Origin: a virus
Length of the DNA: 64,000 nt
Strand: one strand, 5' to 3'
Virus record (IMG/VR): IMGVR_UViG_3300033565_000007
Coordinates: 33 to 64,032 of that record
Program-made: the position numbers and the translations under genes
In this document: piece by piece, positions 8,328 through 17,080 of the stretch
Layout: each line of letters begins with the position of its first letter
Numbering within the stretch: position 1 is the stretch's first letter
Notes under the pieces: generated by a model
Databases searched by the model: none
The model's input: the letters and a program-made list of their open reading frames with translations, nothing else
Told to the model about the DNA's origin: nothing

Positions 8328-10141
8328 CACGCACCTCCTTGCGCGACACTCAGCGCCACCGCCACCGGCCGCACCCAGATCGGCGCCGCCGACAGCAGGA
8401 AGGTTTCGCCAGACCATGCGAGCAGCAGCGTCGTGCCCATGACGTTCCCGATCGCTTCGGCGGCGGCCGGCGGGACGGCGTTGCCGATGCGCTCGCGCCA
8501 GGCGCTGTCGCTCAGCCCGTCGAGCTCGAGCTGCTCTTCAGGATCGACGAGCGACTGGATCGCGGCGAGCTCGAGCGTCGTGAATGGGCGGTGCCAGGTG
8601 CCGTCGAGCGCGTGGATGACGGCGACGAGCTTGTCGGCGGCTGCCGGCAGGCGCGGATCGGCGACAGACCAGCGGCCGTTATCGTGGCATGCGGCCGACG
8701 AGACAGCGCCGGAGGTATCGCCCCAGCCGACGACGCCGTAATGGCCGCCGGTCAGGTAATGGTCGCCCTTCTGCGGGATGCCGTTCGGGCGCGGGTCGGC
8801 GACGGCATAGGCGCCGGAATCATCGCTGCTGATGACCGTTCCCGTGCTGCCGTCGAATTTCGCCACGGCGTATTTGCCGAATGGTTTGCGATCCTGCGGC
8901 GGCCTTGGGTCGGCGACGCACTGTCCGGTCCCGTGGGCGCTGCTGATCGTTTGCGCCGACGCGCCGAATGGCACGATGCGGAACTCGTTGCTGTGCTTGG
9001 CCGGGCCGAGGTGGCGTGGATCCGCGACAGCGAACCGGCCTTGGTTCGGCCACTGCTGCGCCGGCAGCGCGCCGCACGATTCTGACCAGCGATGAACGCC
9101 GTACTGCTGCCCGTGATTCCAGTTCGCCGACTTGTCGACGCGCGGATCGGCGACCGAGAAGGCGCCGTTACTTGGCGTCGACCGACCGGCGATCGTGCCG
9201 GCCGTGTCTTCCCATCGATTCACGCCGAGGTAACCGGCGCGGTATTCAGGCACGATTAGGAAGTCGCGCAGATGGCCGTTCTCGATCGCCAGTTTGTTGA
9301 GGCTGCGCCAGTCACTGCCAGCTTCGACAAAGGCCAAGCGCACCCAAGTCTTCCACTGCAGCGCCGGGATCCGGTGCATCGGACCGCCGGCGGGATCGCC
9401 CGGGAGCGGCATGCGATCGAGGACGGTGCCGACCGCCTGCAGCCGCTTTTTCTCCGGCTCGTACAGGAACGGGCGCACCTTCTCGATGTGGCGCGCGACG
9501 AGCAGGAAGCGCTTGCGGCTTTCGGCGAGGCCGCCGAGCTCGCCGCAGTCGTGCGTCGTCTCGGCGACGGCGTAGCCGAAGTGGCGCAGTAGATCGACGA
9601 TTTGGTCGAGCAGATGCCGTCCGCGAGTGGCGATGCGCGGAACGTTCTCGAAGACGAGCAGCTCCGGCGGCTCGTCGGCGAAAGCCTCGAGCATCAGCCA
9701 TATGCCGCGCAGCGTGAGCCGGTTCAGCGCCTGGTATTTCACCGTCTTGCTCTTGGTCTCGTTGAGCAGCCCAGAGAAGCCCTTGCACGGCGCCGACAGG
9801 AAAACGATGTGCGGATTCTCGTTACCGGCGGCGCGCCGAATATCGTCGGTCGTCGCTTCGCGCCAGCTCGCCGGCGGCTCTTTGCCGTGGAAGGCAACGT
9901 ACTGCGAGCGATCGAACAGGTCGAGCACGGTGCCGGGAACGCCGGCGAGACGACCGAAGTCTCGGATCGCCGCGGCGTCGATGTCGATGCCGCCGAGGCA
10001 GCGGAATTTGCCGACCATGTTGCCGACGCGCGGCGATGCTTCGTTGAAACCCTTGGCGCCGCCGCCGAGACCGCAGAACAGGTGAAAGTGGCGGATCTCG
10101 CGGACGTCGTCCGGGTAGAGGGTGAAGGGATCGCGGTTCAT
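8327..10141 (-). CDS. C5-cytosine DNA methyltransferase with internal repeats
   Basis: Motif I FCGLGG, motif IV APCKGFS, motif VI ENV, motif X GNAV; five xVADPR repeats in the variable region. Confidence 0.92.
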   Translation of the reverse strand: MNRDPFTLYPDDVREIRHFHLFCGLGGGAKGFNEASPRVGNMVGKFRCLGGIDIDAAAIRDFGRLAGVPGTVLDLFDRSQYVAFHGKEPPASWREATTDDIRRAAGNENPHIVFLSAPCKGFSGLLNETKSKTVKYQALNRLTLRGIWLMLEAFADEPPELLVFENVPRIATRGRHLLDQIVDLLRHFGYAVAETTHDCGELGGLAESRKRFLLVARHIEKVRPFLYEPEKKRLQAVGTVLDRMPLPGDPAGGPMHRIPALQWKTWVRLAFVEAGSDWRSLNKLAIENGHLRDFLIVPEYRAGYLGVNRWEDTAGTIAGRSTPSNGAFSVADPRVDKSANWNHGQQYGVHRWSESCGALPAQQWPNQGRFAVADPRHLGPAKHSNEFRIVPFGASAQTISSAHGTGQCVADPRPPQDRKPFGKYAVAKFDGSTGTVISSDDSGAYAVADPRPNGIPQKGDHYLTGGHYGVVGWGDTSGAVSSAACHDNGRWSVADPRLPAAADKLVAVIHALDGTWHRPFTTLELAAIQSLVDPEEQLELDGLSDSAWRERIGNAVPPAAAEAIGNVMGTTLLLAWSGETFLLSAAPIWVRPVAVALSVAQGGA

Positions 10142-10308
10142 GCTGCCTCCCTGCGTTTTTCGATCGCCTCGTCGGTCAGCTCGTCGAGGTCGGTGACGCG
10201 CGCCCAAGGGAATTTGTACATGTCGACGCGGATCACTTCGCCGGCGAGCAACTCGCGCAAAATCGCGTAGCGCTCGCCGTCGGTCGGCTTTGCCTTTTTC
10301 CGGTTCAT
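10138..10308 (-). CDS. Small hypothetical protein (56 aa, absent from the ORF track)
   Basis: MNRKKAKPTDGERYAILRELL...; fills the gap with coupled start and stop. Confidence 0.55.
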   Translation of the reverse strand: MNRKKAKPTDGERYAILRELLAGEVIRVDMYKFPWARVTDLDELTDEAIEKRREAA

Positions 10309-10310
10309 GG

Positions 10311-10841
10311 CTAGTCGTCGTCGTCCAGCGACTTGAGCCCGGCCTTCATCTGATCCTCGGCGCTCGGCGGCGTCAGGGTCAGCGTGATCTCGCGCTGCAC
10401 GAGCTCGGACAGGCGGCCGATTTCATCCGGCGTCGGATGCGCGACGATACGGAAGCAGATCGCGACCGTGCCGCCGTCCTGGCAGTCGAAGCGGAAGTTG
10501 TCGACCTGCGTCTGGATCAGGGTGACGTCGTCTTTGCCGCTGACGCCGTAATTAACGACCGCGTCATAGCCAGTTCCGGCCCAGCCCCACTTGATCGGCG
10601 CCATCATCGGGAATTTCAGCGCCGGCAGATAACCGGGCTCGTCGATCAACTGACCCTGGGCGGCGTCGCCGGCCTTCTCGTAGAGCGCCGACTTGAGGTC
10701 GGGATCGAACCACGACAAAACGTCGTTGCTGACCTTGATTTCGCACTTCAGGTCGACGGCAATCTTCGTCTCTTCGCCGTGAAGTTCGGCGCGCAAATTG
10801 AGGTTCGCGAGCTTGGCGGTCTGGGCGGATAGTTCGAACAT
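10311..10841 (-). CDS. Conserved hypothetical phage protein
   Basis: Strong SD (GGAGAG); high-GC3 codon usage. Confidence 0.75.
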   Translation of the reverse strand: MFELSAQTAKLANLNLRAELHGEETKIAVDLKCEIKVSNDVLSWFDPDLKSALYEKAGDAAQGQLIDEPGYLPALKFPMMAPIKWGWAGTGYDAVVNYGVSGKDDVTLIQTQVDNFRFDCQDGGTVAICFRIVAHPTPDEIGRLSELVQREITLTLTPPSAEDQMKAGLKSLDDDD

Positions 10842-10864
10842 GCGGCTTCTCTCCTGTGGTTGGG

Positions 10865-11035
10865 TTATCGCTTCTTGAACTCGTCGATCCTGCGTTTCAC
10901 GATCCTTGCTGCCTGTTCCCGCTGCCAGTGCTCCGGCAGGTGCTGGATCTGCTGCGCCGCGGCGATGAGGTCAGCGCGCGTCGTGGCAGAGGACAACTGG
11001 CGGGTGAGCGCCGGCAGCGGAATGACGTCAGGCAT
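10865..11035 (-). CDS. Small hypothetical protein (56 aa, absent from the ORF track)
   Basis: MPDVIPLPALTRQL...; fills the operon gap. Confidence 0.5.
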   Translation of the reverse strand: MPDVIPLPALTRQLSSATTRADLIAAAQQIQHLPEHWQREQAARIVKRRIDEFKKR

Positions 11036-11273
11036 TGGGGAATTTGTTGAACTTGCGCTTCGGCGCGACGAAGTGCTTGTGGATGTGCGATCCGATCGAC
11101 TCGGCCTTCTGCAGCGCGGCGTAGTCGTCGGCGGTGACGTCGGGGTAGTGGTACTCAGCCGGCGTGCGGATGAACTTGACGGCGAGCGTATTGGTGGCCG
11201 GGTCGTAGCCGATCGAATCGACTTGCGAACTCTTCACTTTGGCCATCGGAATGACGGGCTTCTTGGTGTTCAT
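11028..11273 (-). CDS. KTSC-domain protein
   Basis: VKSSQVDSIGYDPATNTLAVKF...EYHYPDV...AESIGSHIH. Confidence 0.9.
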   Translation of the reverse strand: MNTKKPVIPMAKVKSSQVDSIGYDPATNTLAVKFIRTPAEYHYPDVTADDYAALQKAESIGSHIHKHFVAPKRKFNKFPNA

Positions 11274-11473
11274 GCGTCTCTCCATTGTTGGTCGGTGAGG
11301 CTGGGACGCGGGTCGATGTACTTATCGACTCGGCAACGTTGCTGCGGCAGGAGGATCGTCGCGCAGGCCTTCGGACGAAGGCGTTTGCACTCCGGGCATT
11401 CCACGCCGTACTTGGCGCGGAGCCTCTGTTTGTGCTCCCGCATTGCGCGGAAATCGTCGGCCATGTCGCCCAT
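11270..11473 (-). CDS. Small CxxC protein
   Basis: MGDMADDFRAMREH...CPEC; coupled on both sides. Confidence 0.6.
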   Translation of the reverse strand: MGDMADDFRAMREHKQRLRAKYGVECPECKRLRPKACATILLPQQRCRVDKYIDPRPSLTDQQWRDA

Positions 11474-13113
11474 TACGCAGCTTCCTGCTGACGCATGGCC
11501 TCGATGCGTTCGCAGCAGTGCCGGACGACCATCAGTTCGTCGTGCGAGTAGGAGGCGATGCGCTCGGCAAGCTCTTGCGCAAGCGCCGGCGCGAGGGCTT
11601 CGGCAATGACCGACGGCGCGGCGGCGCGCAGTACTGCGCCCAGGGTCGGCCGCACCTGAACCGGTGCGTTCTCCGGTTCAGGTGAGCGCGTTGCTGGCGG
11701 GGGTGTATTCTTTGCCGCTTCGGCTTTGCGCGTGGCTTCTTCCTTGTCGGCCTGTTCCTTGCGGTCGGCCTCGAGCTTCGCCGCGGCTTCACGATCGGCG
11801 CGTTCCTGCTCGGCCTTGTGATCGGCGAGCCGCGACTTGATCAGGATGACCAAGTCATCGTTCGCCTTCAGGACGATCTGCGCCGCATCGGCGAACAGGA
11901 AGGCGTGCTCGGCCGCGAGTTCGCGCAGCGAGTTGATGTTCGTCTGGATGCGGTCGGCGATCTCGTTCGCCGCGAGCTTGCAGCGCGCGAGCTCGTCATT
12001 GACGGCGCTCTGCAGACTCGCGACCGTGCGCTTGTTCTTGATGACGCCGGCGAAGTTCTCGGCGACGACGGGCATATACGGCTTGCCGAGGCGCTTGTTC
12101 AGTCCGACGATGTGCTCAGCGAGCGCGGCCTTGCCAGCGGTGACGATTTCGACCTTGATCTGCGCTTCGCGCGCGGCGACGAGCTTCTCGAGCGCGAGGC
12201 GCGTCGTGCGGGCGAGGTCCTGATAGAGCTTCTTCTCGCGTCGCATTTCGTCGATCTCGGCCATCTGCGACAGGGCGCGCGCTTCTTCCGATTCGAGCTT
12301 TTCTTCGGCGTCTTTCAGTTTGCTCAACGCGGCCTTGCAGTCGGCGAATTCCTGATCGGTCGAAGGCTTCTCGGGCAGGCGCTCGATGAAAGCGTTCAGC
12401 GCTGCGCCGAAGGCTTTCAGGTTCGACCGGATCGCGATGGCGCCGCTCGTCTGAATCGAGACGATCGGCAGGTCGAGCGTCGGCGCCGCGACGGCGGCGG
12501 GAATGACTTCGACGGGAACGTAGGCGGCGACGTCGGCCTCGAGTTGCTTCCAGGTGGGGATGATCTTGGCGCGCAGTTTCGGATTCGACTCGTACCAGAC
12601 GTGCTTGATGTCGACCAACTGATCGTTGTCGTCCCACTTCGACGCGCTGAACAGGCAGCGCTCGGCGCCGGTGATCATCAGGCCTTGTTCCATCTGCCAG
12701 TGATAGAACGACGGGATGATTCCTTGCTCGAGCAATGCGGCGAGATCGGTGTTCAGCGTCTTATGCTCCCAGGTGATCGTGTCGGCCATTGTTTTGCCAT
12801 CGAGCGACACGCCGAGGCGTCTTCCAAGGGCAGCGGAGGCCGACAGAACGCTTGGGTAGAGCTCGTCTCCGATGAACTCTTCGGCGAGCGGGCGGGCAAG
12901 TCGCTCAAAGCGATGTCCGTCGTCAAAGCGGCGTTGCGTCTCGGGCGAGATTTCTTCCGCTTCGCCGGTGGCGATCTGGCGGATCAGCTTGTCGCGCGTC
13001 TTGTACGGGCTTTCGCCGGCGGCGGCGGCCAGGTCGGATGCGTTGTTGCGGGTATCGCGCCCGGCGGACCATTCTTCCGAGCCCTGCAGGCATTCGTGAG
13101 TTTCGTAGTCCAT
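11473..13113 (-). CDS. YqaJ/lambda-exonuclease-like recombination nuclease with long coiled-coil tail
   Basis: QGSEEW...ASD...GH.FE...SLDG...WEHK...YHWQMEQGL motifs. Confidence 0.9.
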   Translation of the reverse strand: MDYETHECLQGSEEWSAGRDTRNNASDLAAAAGESPYKTRDKLIRQIATGEAEEISPETQRRFDDGHRFERLARPLAEEFIGDELYPSVLSASAALGRRLGVSLDGKTMADTITWEHKTLNTDLAALLEQGIIPSFYHWQMEQGLMITGAERCLFSASKWDDNDQLVDIKHVWYESNPKLRAKIIPTWKQLEADVAAYVPVEVIPAAVAAPTLDLPIVSIQTSGAIAIRSNLKAFGAALNAFIERLPEKPSTDQEFADCKAALSKLKDAEEKLESEEARALSQMAEIDEMRREKKLYQDLARTTRLALEKLVAAREAQIKVEIVTAGKAALAEHIVGLNKRLGKPYMPVVAENFAGVIKNKRTVASLQSAVNDELARCKLAANEIADRIQTNINSLRELAAEHAFLFADAAQIVLKANDDLVILIKSRLADHKAEQERADREAAAKLEADRKEQADKEEATRKAEAAKNTPPPATRSPEPENAPVQVRPTLGAVLRAAAPSVIAEALAPALAQELAERIASYSHDELMVVRHCCERIEAMRQQEAA

Positions 13114-13266
13114 GAGCCACTTCCTTTCGAATAGGTGCAGGGTTTAGCTATCACCACTTCCCGGTTTTCCAGCCCTGCAAAGCGCCCCGGTGTGGTCAGT
13201 CGTCTATGGCTCCCCGCGAAACTGGCTGACAAGCCGCGCGGATTGACGCCCTCGGGGGGGTATTCG

Positions 13267-14340
13267 TTAAGCCTGACCTGCGGCCTCGTCGAGTTCGCGC
13301 TGGCGCGCCGCGGCGACTTCTGCATCGCTCATCACGCCATTGGGATCGGCCGGTCCGGCCTTCTTCACGGCGCGGATCGCCTTCTTCTGATCGTCGGTGA
13401 GCGGGTGCTTGGTCTGCATGGTGGCAATGACCTGATCGGCCGATTTTTTGCCGGACACGATGAGCGGAGAATGCTTCTTCAGCGCCGCGTCGAATTCGTC
13501 TTGCGGATAGGGTTTTGGCGATTCGCCTTTGGCCTTGTTGCCCGGATCGCCGGCTTCTGCGTCATCAAACCAGTCGGCGGCAGAACTCATGCCATCACGC
13601 AGGCTGACGTAGATTTTCTTCAGGCTGACGACTTGGGCAGGCTGGATGGCGTCAATACGACGCTGGATACGCTTCTCGATTTGCTCCTTCGTGACGCCGA
13701 ACGGCTCGAACGCGGAGATCATCTTCTGCATGGCCTCGGGCGTCGTATCGGCTTGCGTGCGCATCGTCACGTCGGCCTGTTTCATCGCAGCCTCGGTGAC
13801 GTCGCCGGGAATGATCGAGAGCAGACAGGCGCGCACGCGACGCTGCGCCATGTTGGCGACGAGTTCGTAAATCTCGCGCTCGTCGCGGAGTTGGTATCCG
13901 CCGTTTCTGGTGTCGCGCCAGTGGCGAACGATGAACTGCAGCGGCTTGCGCGTAATCGTCTCGGTGTCCCATGCGTAGGCGAGGACTTCGGAGTAGGGAA
14001 CGCCGTCTTGACCGATGCCGCGGGCGACTTCCTTGAACCCGAAATCGATATTCCCCCACTGCTGCGCGATCGCTTCAGCGGCACGGATCGAGGGGCCGGA
14101 AACATCCGATCCGCCTTTGCTGTACTGGTACTGCGAGGTCTCAGCGAGCGTCGGTCGCGAGAACGCATTGATGATGCGGTCCATCGAAGCGATCTGGTCG
14201 CGGGGGAAACGCTTCGCCATGATCACCATGGCTTGAACTTCGGCGATCTCGCGCTGCTCGGATTGCGCGATACCGACGGACGTCGACTTGTGTTGCGCGA
14301 CATTCGCCAGCGGGTTTTCCATTCGTTCGGTGTTCATCAA
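13267..14340 (-). CDS. Putative ssDNA-annealing recombinase
   Basis: EIAEVQAMVIMAKRFPRD...SGPSIRAAE family; directly upstream of the exonuclease. Function inferred from position. Confidence 0.7.
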   Translation of the reverse strand: MMNTERMENPLANVAQHKSTSVGIAQSEQREIAEVQAMVIMAKRFPRDQIASMDRIINAFSRPTLAETSQYQYSKGGSDVSGPSIRAAEAIAQQWGNIDFGFKEVARGIGQDGVPYSEVLAYAWDTETITRKPLQFIVRHWRDTRNGGYQLRDEREIYELVANMAQRRVRACLLSIIPGDVTEAAMKQADVTMRTQADTTPEAMQKMISAFEPFGVTKEQIEKRIQRRIDAIQPAQVVSLKKIYVSLRDGMSSAADWFDDAEAGDPGNKAKGESPKPYPQDEFDAALKKHSPLIVSGKKSADQVIATMQTKHPLTDDQKKAIRAVKKAGPADPNGVMSDAEVAAARQRELDEAAGQA

Positions 14341-14351
14341 TTCCTCCTTCG

Positions 14352-14579
14352 TTATCGCGCCCAGACATGGGCGAATTTGAGTTTCGGCGCCAACTCGGCG
14401 ACGCGTTGAGCGGCGGCGTGGCGAGCTTTGTCTTCGCTCTCGATTTGCACCTGGTCGTTGAAGTCCATCGTTCCGGTGATCAGCAGCAGAACGAACAGGG
14501 CGACGAGGTAAGCGCGGTCTTGACCGGCGACGGCTCTTTGACGGTGGCGGGCGGAATGATCGGCGCCCATCCGCCGCAA
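14352..14579 (-). CDS. Small membrane protein; start uncertain
   Basis: AYLVALFVLLLITGTMDF transmembrane-like stretch. Confidence 0.45.
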   Translation of the reverse strand: MRRMGADHSARHRQRAVAGQDRAYLVALFVLLLITGTMDFNDQVQIESEDKARHAAAQRVAELAPKLKFAHVWAR

Positions 14580-14609
14580 GTGTCCATGCCTTTTTTCATG
14601 GTTTTCATT

Positions 14610-14843
14610 TCAGAGTCCCAGGCGAAAGAAGCGCCGGATCAGCGCCTGTTGACGCGCGTTCCCGGTGGCTATGTCGTCAAACAGTTCGGCTTCAGCGAAG
14701 GCGTTCTCGAGCACGCCCGGAAGTTCGTCGAGCATCGCCAGTGCATGCGCGATGGTCGGGCTGTCCGGCTTGTGCCGATTAAGCAGCGGCACCGATTGCG
14801 TGTTCAGCACGGCCGCAAGCTGCAGGATTTCCTTCGCCGTCAT
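14610..14843 (-). CDS. Hypothetical protein
   Basis: Start MTAKEIL coupled to the upstream stop. Confidence 0.55.
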   Translation of the reverse strand: MTAKEILQLAAVLNTQSVPLLNRHKPDSPTIAHALAMLDELPGVLENAFAEAELFDDIATGNARQQALIRRFFRLGL

Positions 14844-15085
14844 GCCACGCACCCATCTGATTGACGCCGACGCTGCGCCGACTTCGCCCGCGTGCAGCAC
14901 TTGCACCACGACGAGCGGCGCCCGTCCGGGCGGATGTAGAAGGCCTCGATCGGCAACTCATCGCGCTTGCACTTCGGGCAATGACCGTCGTCGAGGTCGT
15001 CTTCGGGAAGAGCGAACGACTGCACGCGAACCCCGCTCGGAAGCGGGTAGGGCGCCATCGTCAGCAGCTGCAGCAGTTCGCTCAC
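14840..15085 (-). CDS. Small zinc-finger-like protein
   Basis: CPKC...FY...SSWCKCC. Confidence 0.65.
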   Translation of the reverse strand: MSELLQLLTMAPYPLPSGVRVQSFALPEDDLDDGHCPKCKRDELPIEAFYIRPDGRRSSWCKCCTRAKSAQRRRQSDGCVA

Positions 15086-15088
15086 AGC

Positions 15089-15373
15089 CTAGAGTCCGCG
15101 GCGATTGCTGCTACGGCACGCCATCTTGTTGCGCGCGCGGTTGCGGCGCTTCTGTGCCATGCGCTTGACGTGTGCCGCCGTCCAGCCAGGGCCGCTGATG
15201 TGAGAGTGCCAATTGGCAAAGGAACCACGGCCAAGCGGGCGCGGTTGCGGCGTCGAGCGTTTAACCTCGTCGATCGTCTGTGCGGTCAGTCCGAATGGCG
15301 GCGGTACGAAGGCCATTCCGGCCGCCGCTCCGGCTAGCGCCAGCGCAACCGCAATTCTCATTCTTATGCTCAT
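15089..15373 (-). CDS. First gene of the pL operon; hydrophobic N-terminus, Arg/Lys-rich C-terminus
   Basis: SD GGAGAGG; C-terminus KRMAQKRRNRARNK. Confidence 0.65.
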   Translation of the reverse strand: MSIRMRIAVALALAGAAAGMAFVPPPFGLTAQTIDEVKRSTPQPRPLGRGSFANWHSHISGPGWTAAHVKRMAQKRRNRARNKMACRSSNRRGL

Positions 15374-15688
15374 CAATCCTCTCCCGAGGAAAACGCGCGG
15401 CCTTCGAGGGATCAGGCGGCCGGGCGTCGGCCTTTGCTGCGCAATAGGCACTGATGGAGCTAGTTGCTCATCCGGCTTGCCATCTGGGGGAACGGCTTGT
15501 CTAGAATTCGCCGCCCGCTTCGTCTGGCTCACGGAGCTCTTGAAACTAGCTCCTTCAGTGCCTACTGCTTGCTGCTTGTCTCGCCGTCCGCCACTCTGAG
15601 TTGGTGTCAGTAACGTCTGCTGGTTTATGGCGATCCGCGTACTAGTGCGGTCCAGCTCCGGGGCGGTAATTCCTGTTCAAGAGCCTTC

Positions 15689-15716
15689 ATTATACGAAAC
15701 GGTATCGCAATGTCAA
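15689..15716 (-). promoter_or_regulatory. pL: pL promoter
   Basis: Minus strand TTGACA-16-TATAAT. Confidence 0.9.
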
Positions 15717-15729
15717 TACGAAAGCGTAT
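15692..15729. promoter_or_regulatory. OL operators (two ATAC-N6-GTAT sites)
   Basis: ATACGAAACGGTAT at 15692-15705 and ATACGAAAGCGTAT at 15716-15729, overlapping pL. Confidence 0.85.
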
Positions 15730-15759
15730 TTTATTTTTCGTGGGCCAGTGCGCAGGCAA

Positions 15760-15783
15760 CAAAAAACCCGCCGAAGCGGGTTG
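15760..15783 (-). terminator. Rho-independent terminator ending the repressor operon
   Basis: Minus strand AACCCGC-TTCG-GCGGGTTTTTT. Confidence 0.85.
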
Positions 15784-15806
15784 GGTGGGGTGATCCCTGG
15801 GTCCGG

Positions 15807-15860
15807 CTAGAGGCAGCCGGCCAGGATCGCGGCCGCCGTAACGGTCACAGCAATCTTCAT
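15807..15860 (-). pseudogene. Lipoprotein signal-peptide remnant (17 codons)
   Basis: GGAGG SD, MKIAVTVTAAAILAGCL then TAG; lipobox LAGC. Confidence 0.5.
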
Positions 15861-15999
15861 GAAAACCTCCGTCGTTCTTGACGAAATACGGAATGGGCGA
15901 ATGGACTTGATGTTAGAATCGCGCCGAGAAATCGGCGTCCGAGAAAACGCCCCGTGTGGCTTCCGAGCCCTCCCTCTGCTTGTGACGACAAGCGGATCT

Positions 16000-16028
16000 C
16001 GCCACCGTCCTACCGGTGGCCTTTTTTT
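16000..16028 (+). terminator. Plus-strand terminator-like hairpin
   Basis: GCCACCG-TCCTAC-CGGTGGC-CTTTTTT. Confidence 0.6.
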
Positions 16029-16076
16029 GCATCTGTTATAGTGCGCCGACATACCGGATTTGGGAAGACCTTCTTC

Positions 16077-16316
16077 TCATTCCGTCATGACAAGCGCCAC
16101 GGCCGAGCGAAACAGCGACGCAATCGCCTTGTCGTTGTCTCCCCGGTGCGACCCCATGCTGCCGACTCGCAGGATCTTGTGCCGGTCGCTGATCGCGAAC
16201 GTTATCCCGTGAATATCGCCGTTTGCGGCCTGGTCGGTCAGAATTTGAAGTTGGCTTTCGATCGCTCGAGCGTGGTTGGACGCAATGCTATATACGCTTG
16301 CTTTTCTTCGTACCAT
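16077..16316 (-). CDS. Small protein co-transcribed with the repressor
   Basis: Overlaps the repressor 3' end; 79 aa. Confidence 0.6.
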   Translation of the reverse strand: MVRRKASVYSIASNHARAIESQLQILTDQAANGDIHGITFAISDRHKILRVGSMGSHRGDNDKAIASLFRSAVALVMTE

Positions 16317-16806
16317 AAGTTCTAGTTTTGGGTGACGTATCGATCTGAACGTTCGGCGGTGGACCGAAAGCGGGATCGACGGTCGCCAAATTTAGAGGCT
16401 GTGCATCACTGTCCCGGCGGAAGCGCGGGGTTGTGGACGCGGCATCGAGCATCGCCTCAATCGCAGACAGCAGCGGGCCATTGTGCCGTTGCTGGGCGAT
16501 CGTCTTGACGATGAGTTGGATCCGGCGCGGCAAGGTCTGCGCTTCGACACTGACGCGGTCGGAAAGCGGTTTAAGGTCTTTGCCCACCAAGTAGTCGGCC
16601 GGCGGTAATCCGCGCGCCGCGCGTGCGTGCGAAATCGCTTGCCCGACCCGTAGAATCACGTCGATGCTTGGGTTCTTAGTCGTTCCGTTGACCATCCGAA
16701 GAATGGTCGGTTGGTTGATCCCAAGCGTTTCGTACTCGCGTGCCAGGGTGGTAGGCGTCATGCCCAGTTCGTCCAACTGGGTCTTCAGCCACGTCTTATA
16801 TTCCAT
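16288..16806 (-). CDS. cI: CI-like XRE-HTH repressor (no S24 peptidase domain seen)
   Basis: HTH LAREYETLGINQPTILRMVNGTTKNPSIDVI; divergent from cro; likely start at 16806 (leaderless). Confidence 0.85.
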   Translation of the reverse strand: MEYKTWLKTQLDELGMTPTTLAREYETLGINQPTILRMVNGTTKNPSIDVILRVGQAISHARAARGLPPADYLVGKDLKPLSDRVSVEAQTLPRRIQLIVKTIAQQRHNGPLLSAIEAMLDAASTTPRFRRDSDAQPLNLATVDPAFGPPPNVQIDTSPKTRTYGTKKSKRI

Positions 16807-16812
16807 CGCTAG

Positions 16813-16884
16813 ATTATGCGGCTCGGTATAGAACCAAGTCGAATACGAAAAGTATTTGACATCGAATACCGATTCGTATATATT
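16813..16884. promoter_or_regulatory. OR region: pR, pRM and three operators
   Basis: pR TTGACA(16856-61)-17-TATATT(16879-84); minus-strand CATAAT at 16813-18, 7 nt from the cI ATG; operators at 16816-29 (1 mismatch), 16843-55 (N5 spacer) and 16866-79. Confidence 0.85.
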
Positions 16885-16891
16885 GACCAGC

Positions 16892-17080
16892 ATGCTCAAA
16901 CAAATGCTTACCTCCATCACCGAAGCTGGCTTCACCCAGACGCAGATCAGCAAGCGTACCGGGATATCCCAGCCGACGATCAGTCGCATCCTGACCGGCG
17001 CCCAGAAAGAGATCAGCTACTCGGACGGCAAGGCCCTCGAGCAGTTGTTCAGCGAGGTCAGGAACGCGAAAGCGGCTTGA
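16892..17080 (+). CDS. cro: Cro-like HTH protein
   Basis: FTQTQISKRTGISQPTISRILTG; ATG at about the predicted pR +1. Confidence 0.88.
   Translation: MLKQMLTSITEAGFTQTQISKRTGISQPTISRILTGAQKEISYSDGKALEQLFSEVRNAKAA

Noticed and set aside
14480-14608. Programmed frameshift linking MKTMKKG... to the membrane ORF
   Set aside because: Two overlapping short frames exist, but I found no convincing slippery site or stimulator; the start remains ambiguous.
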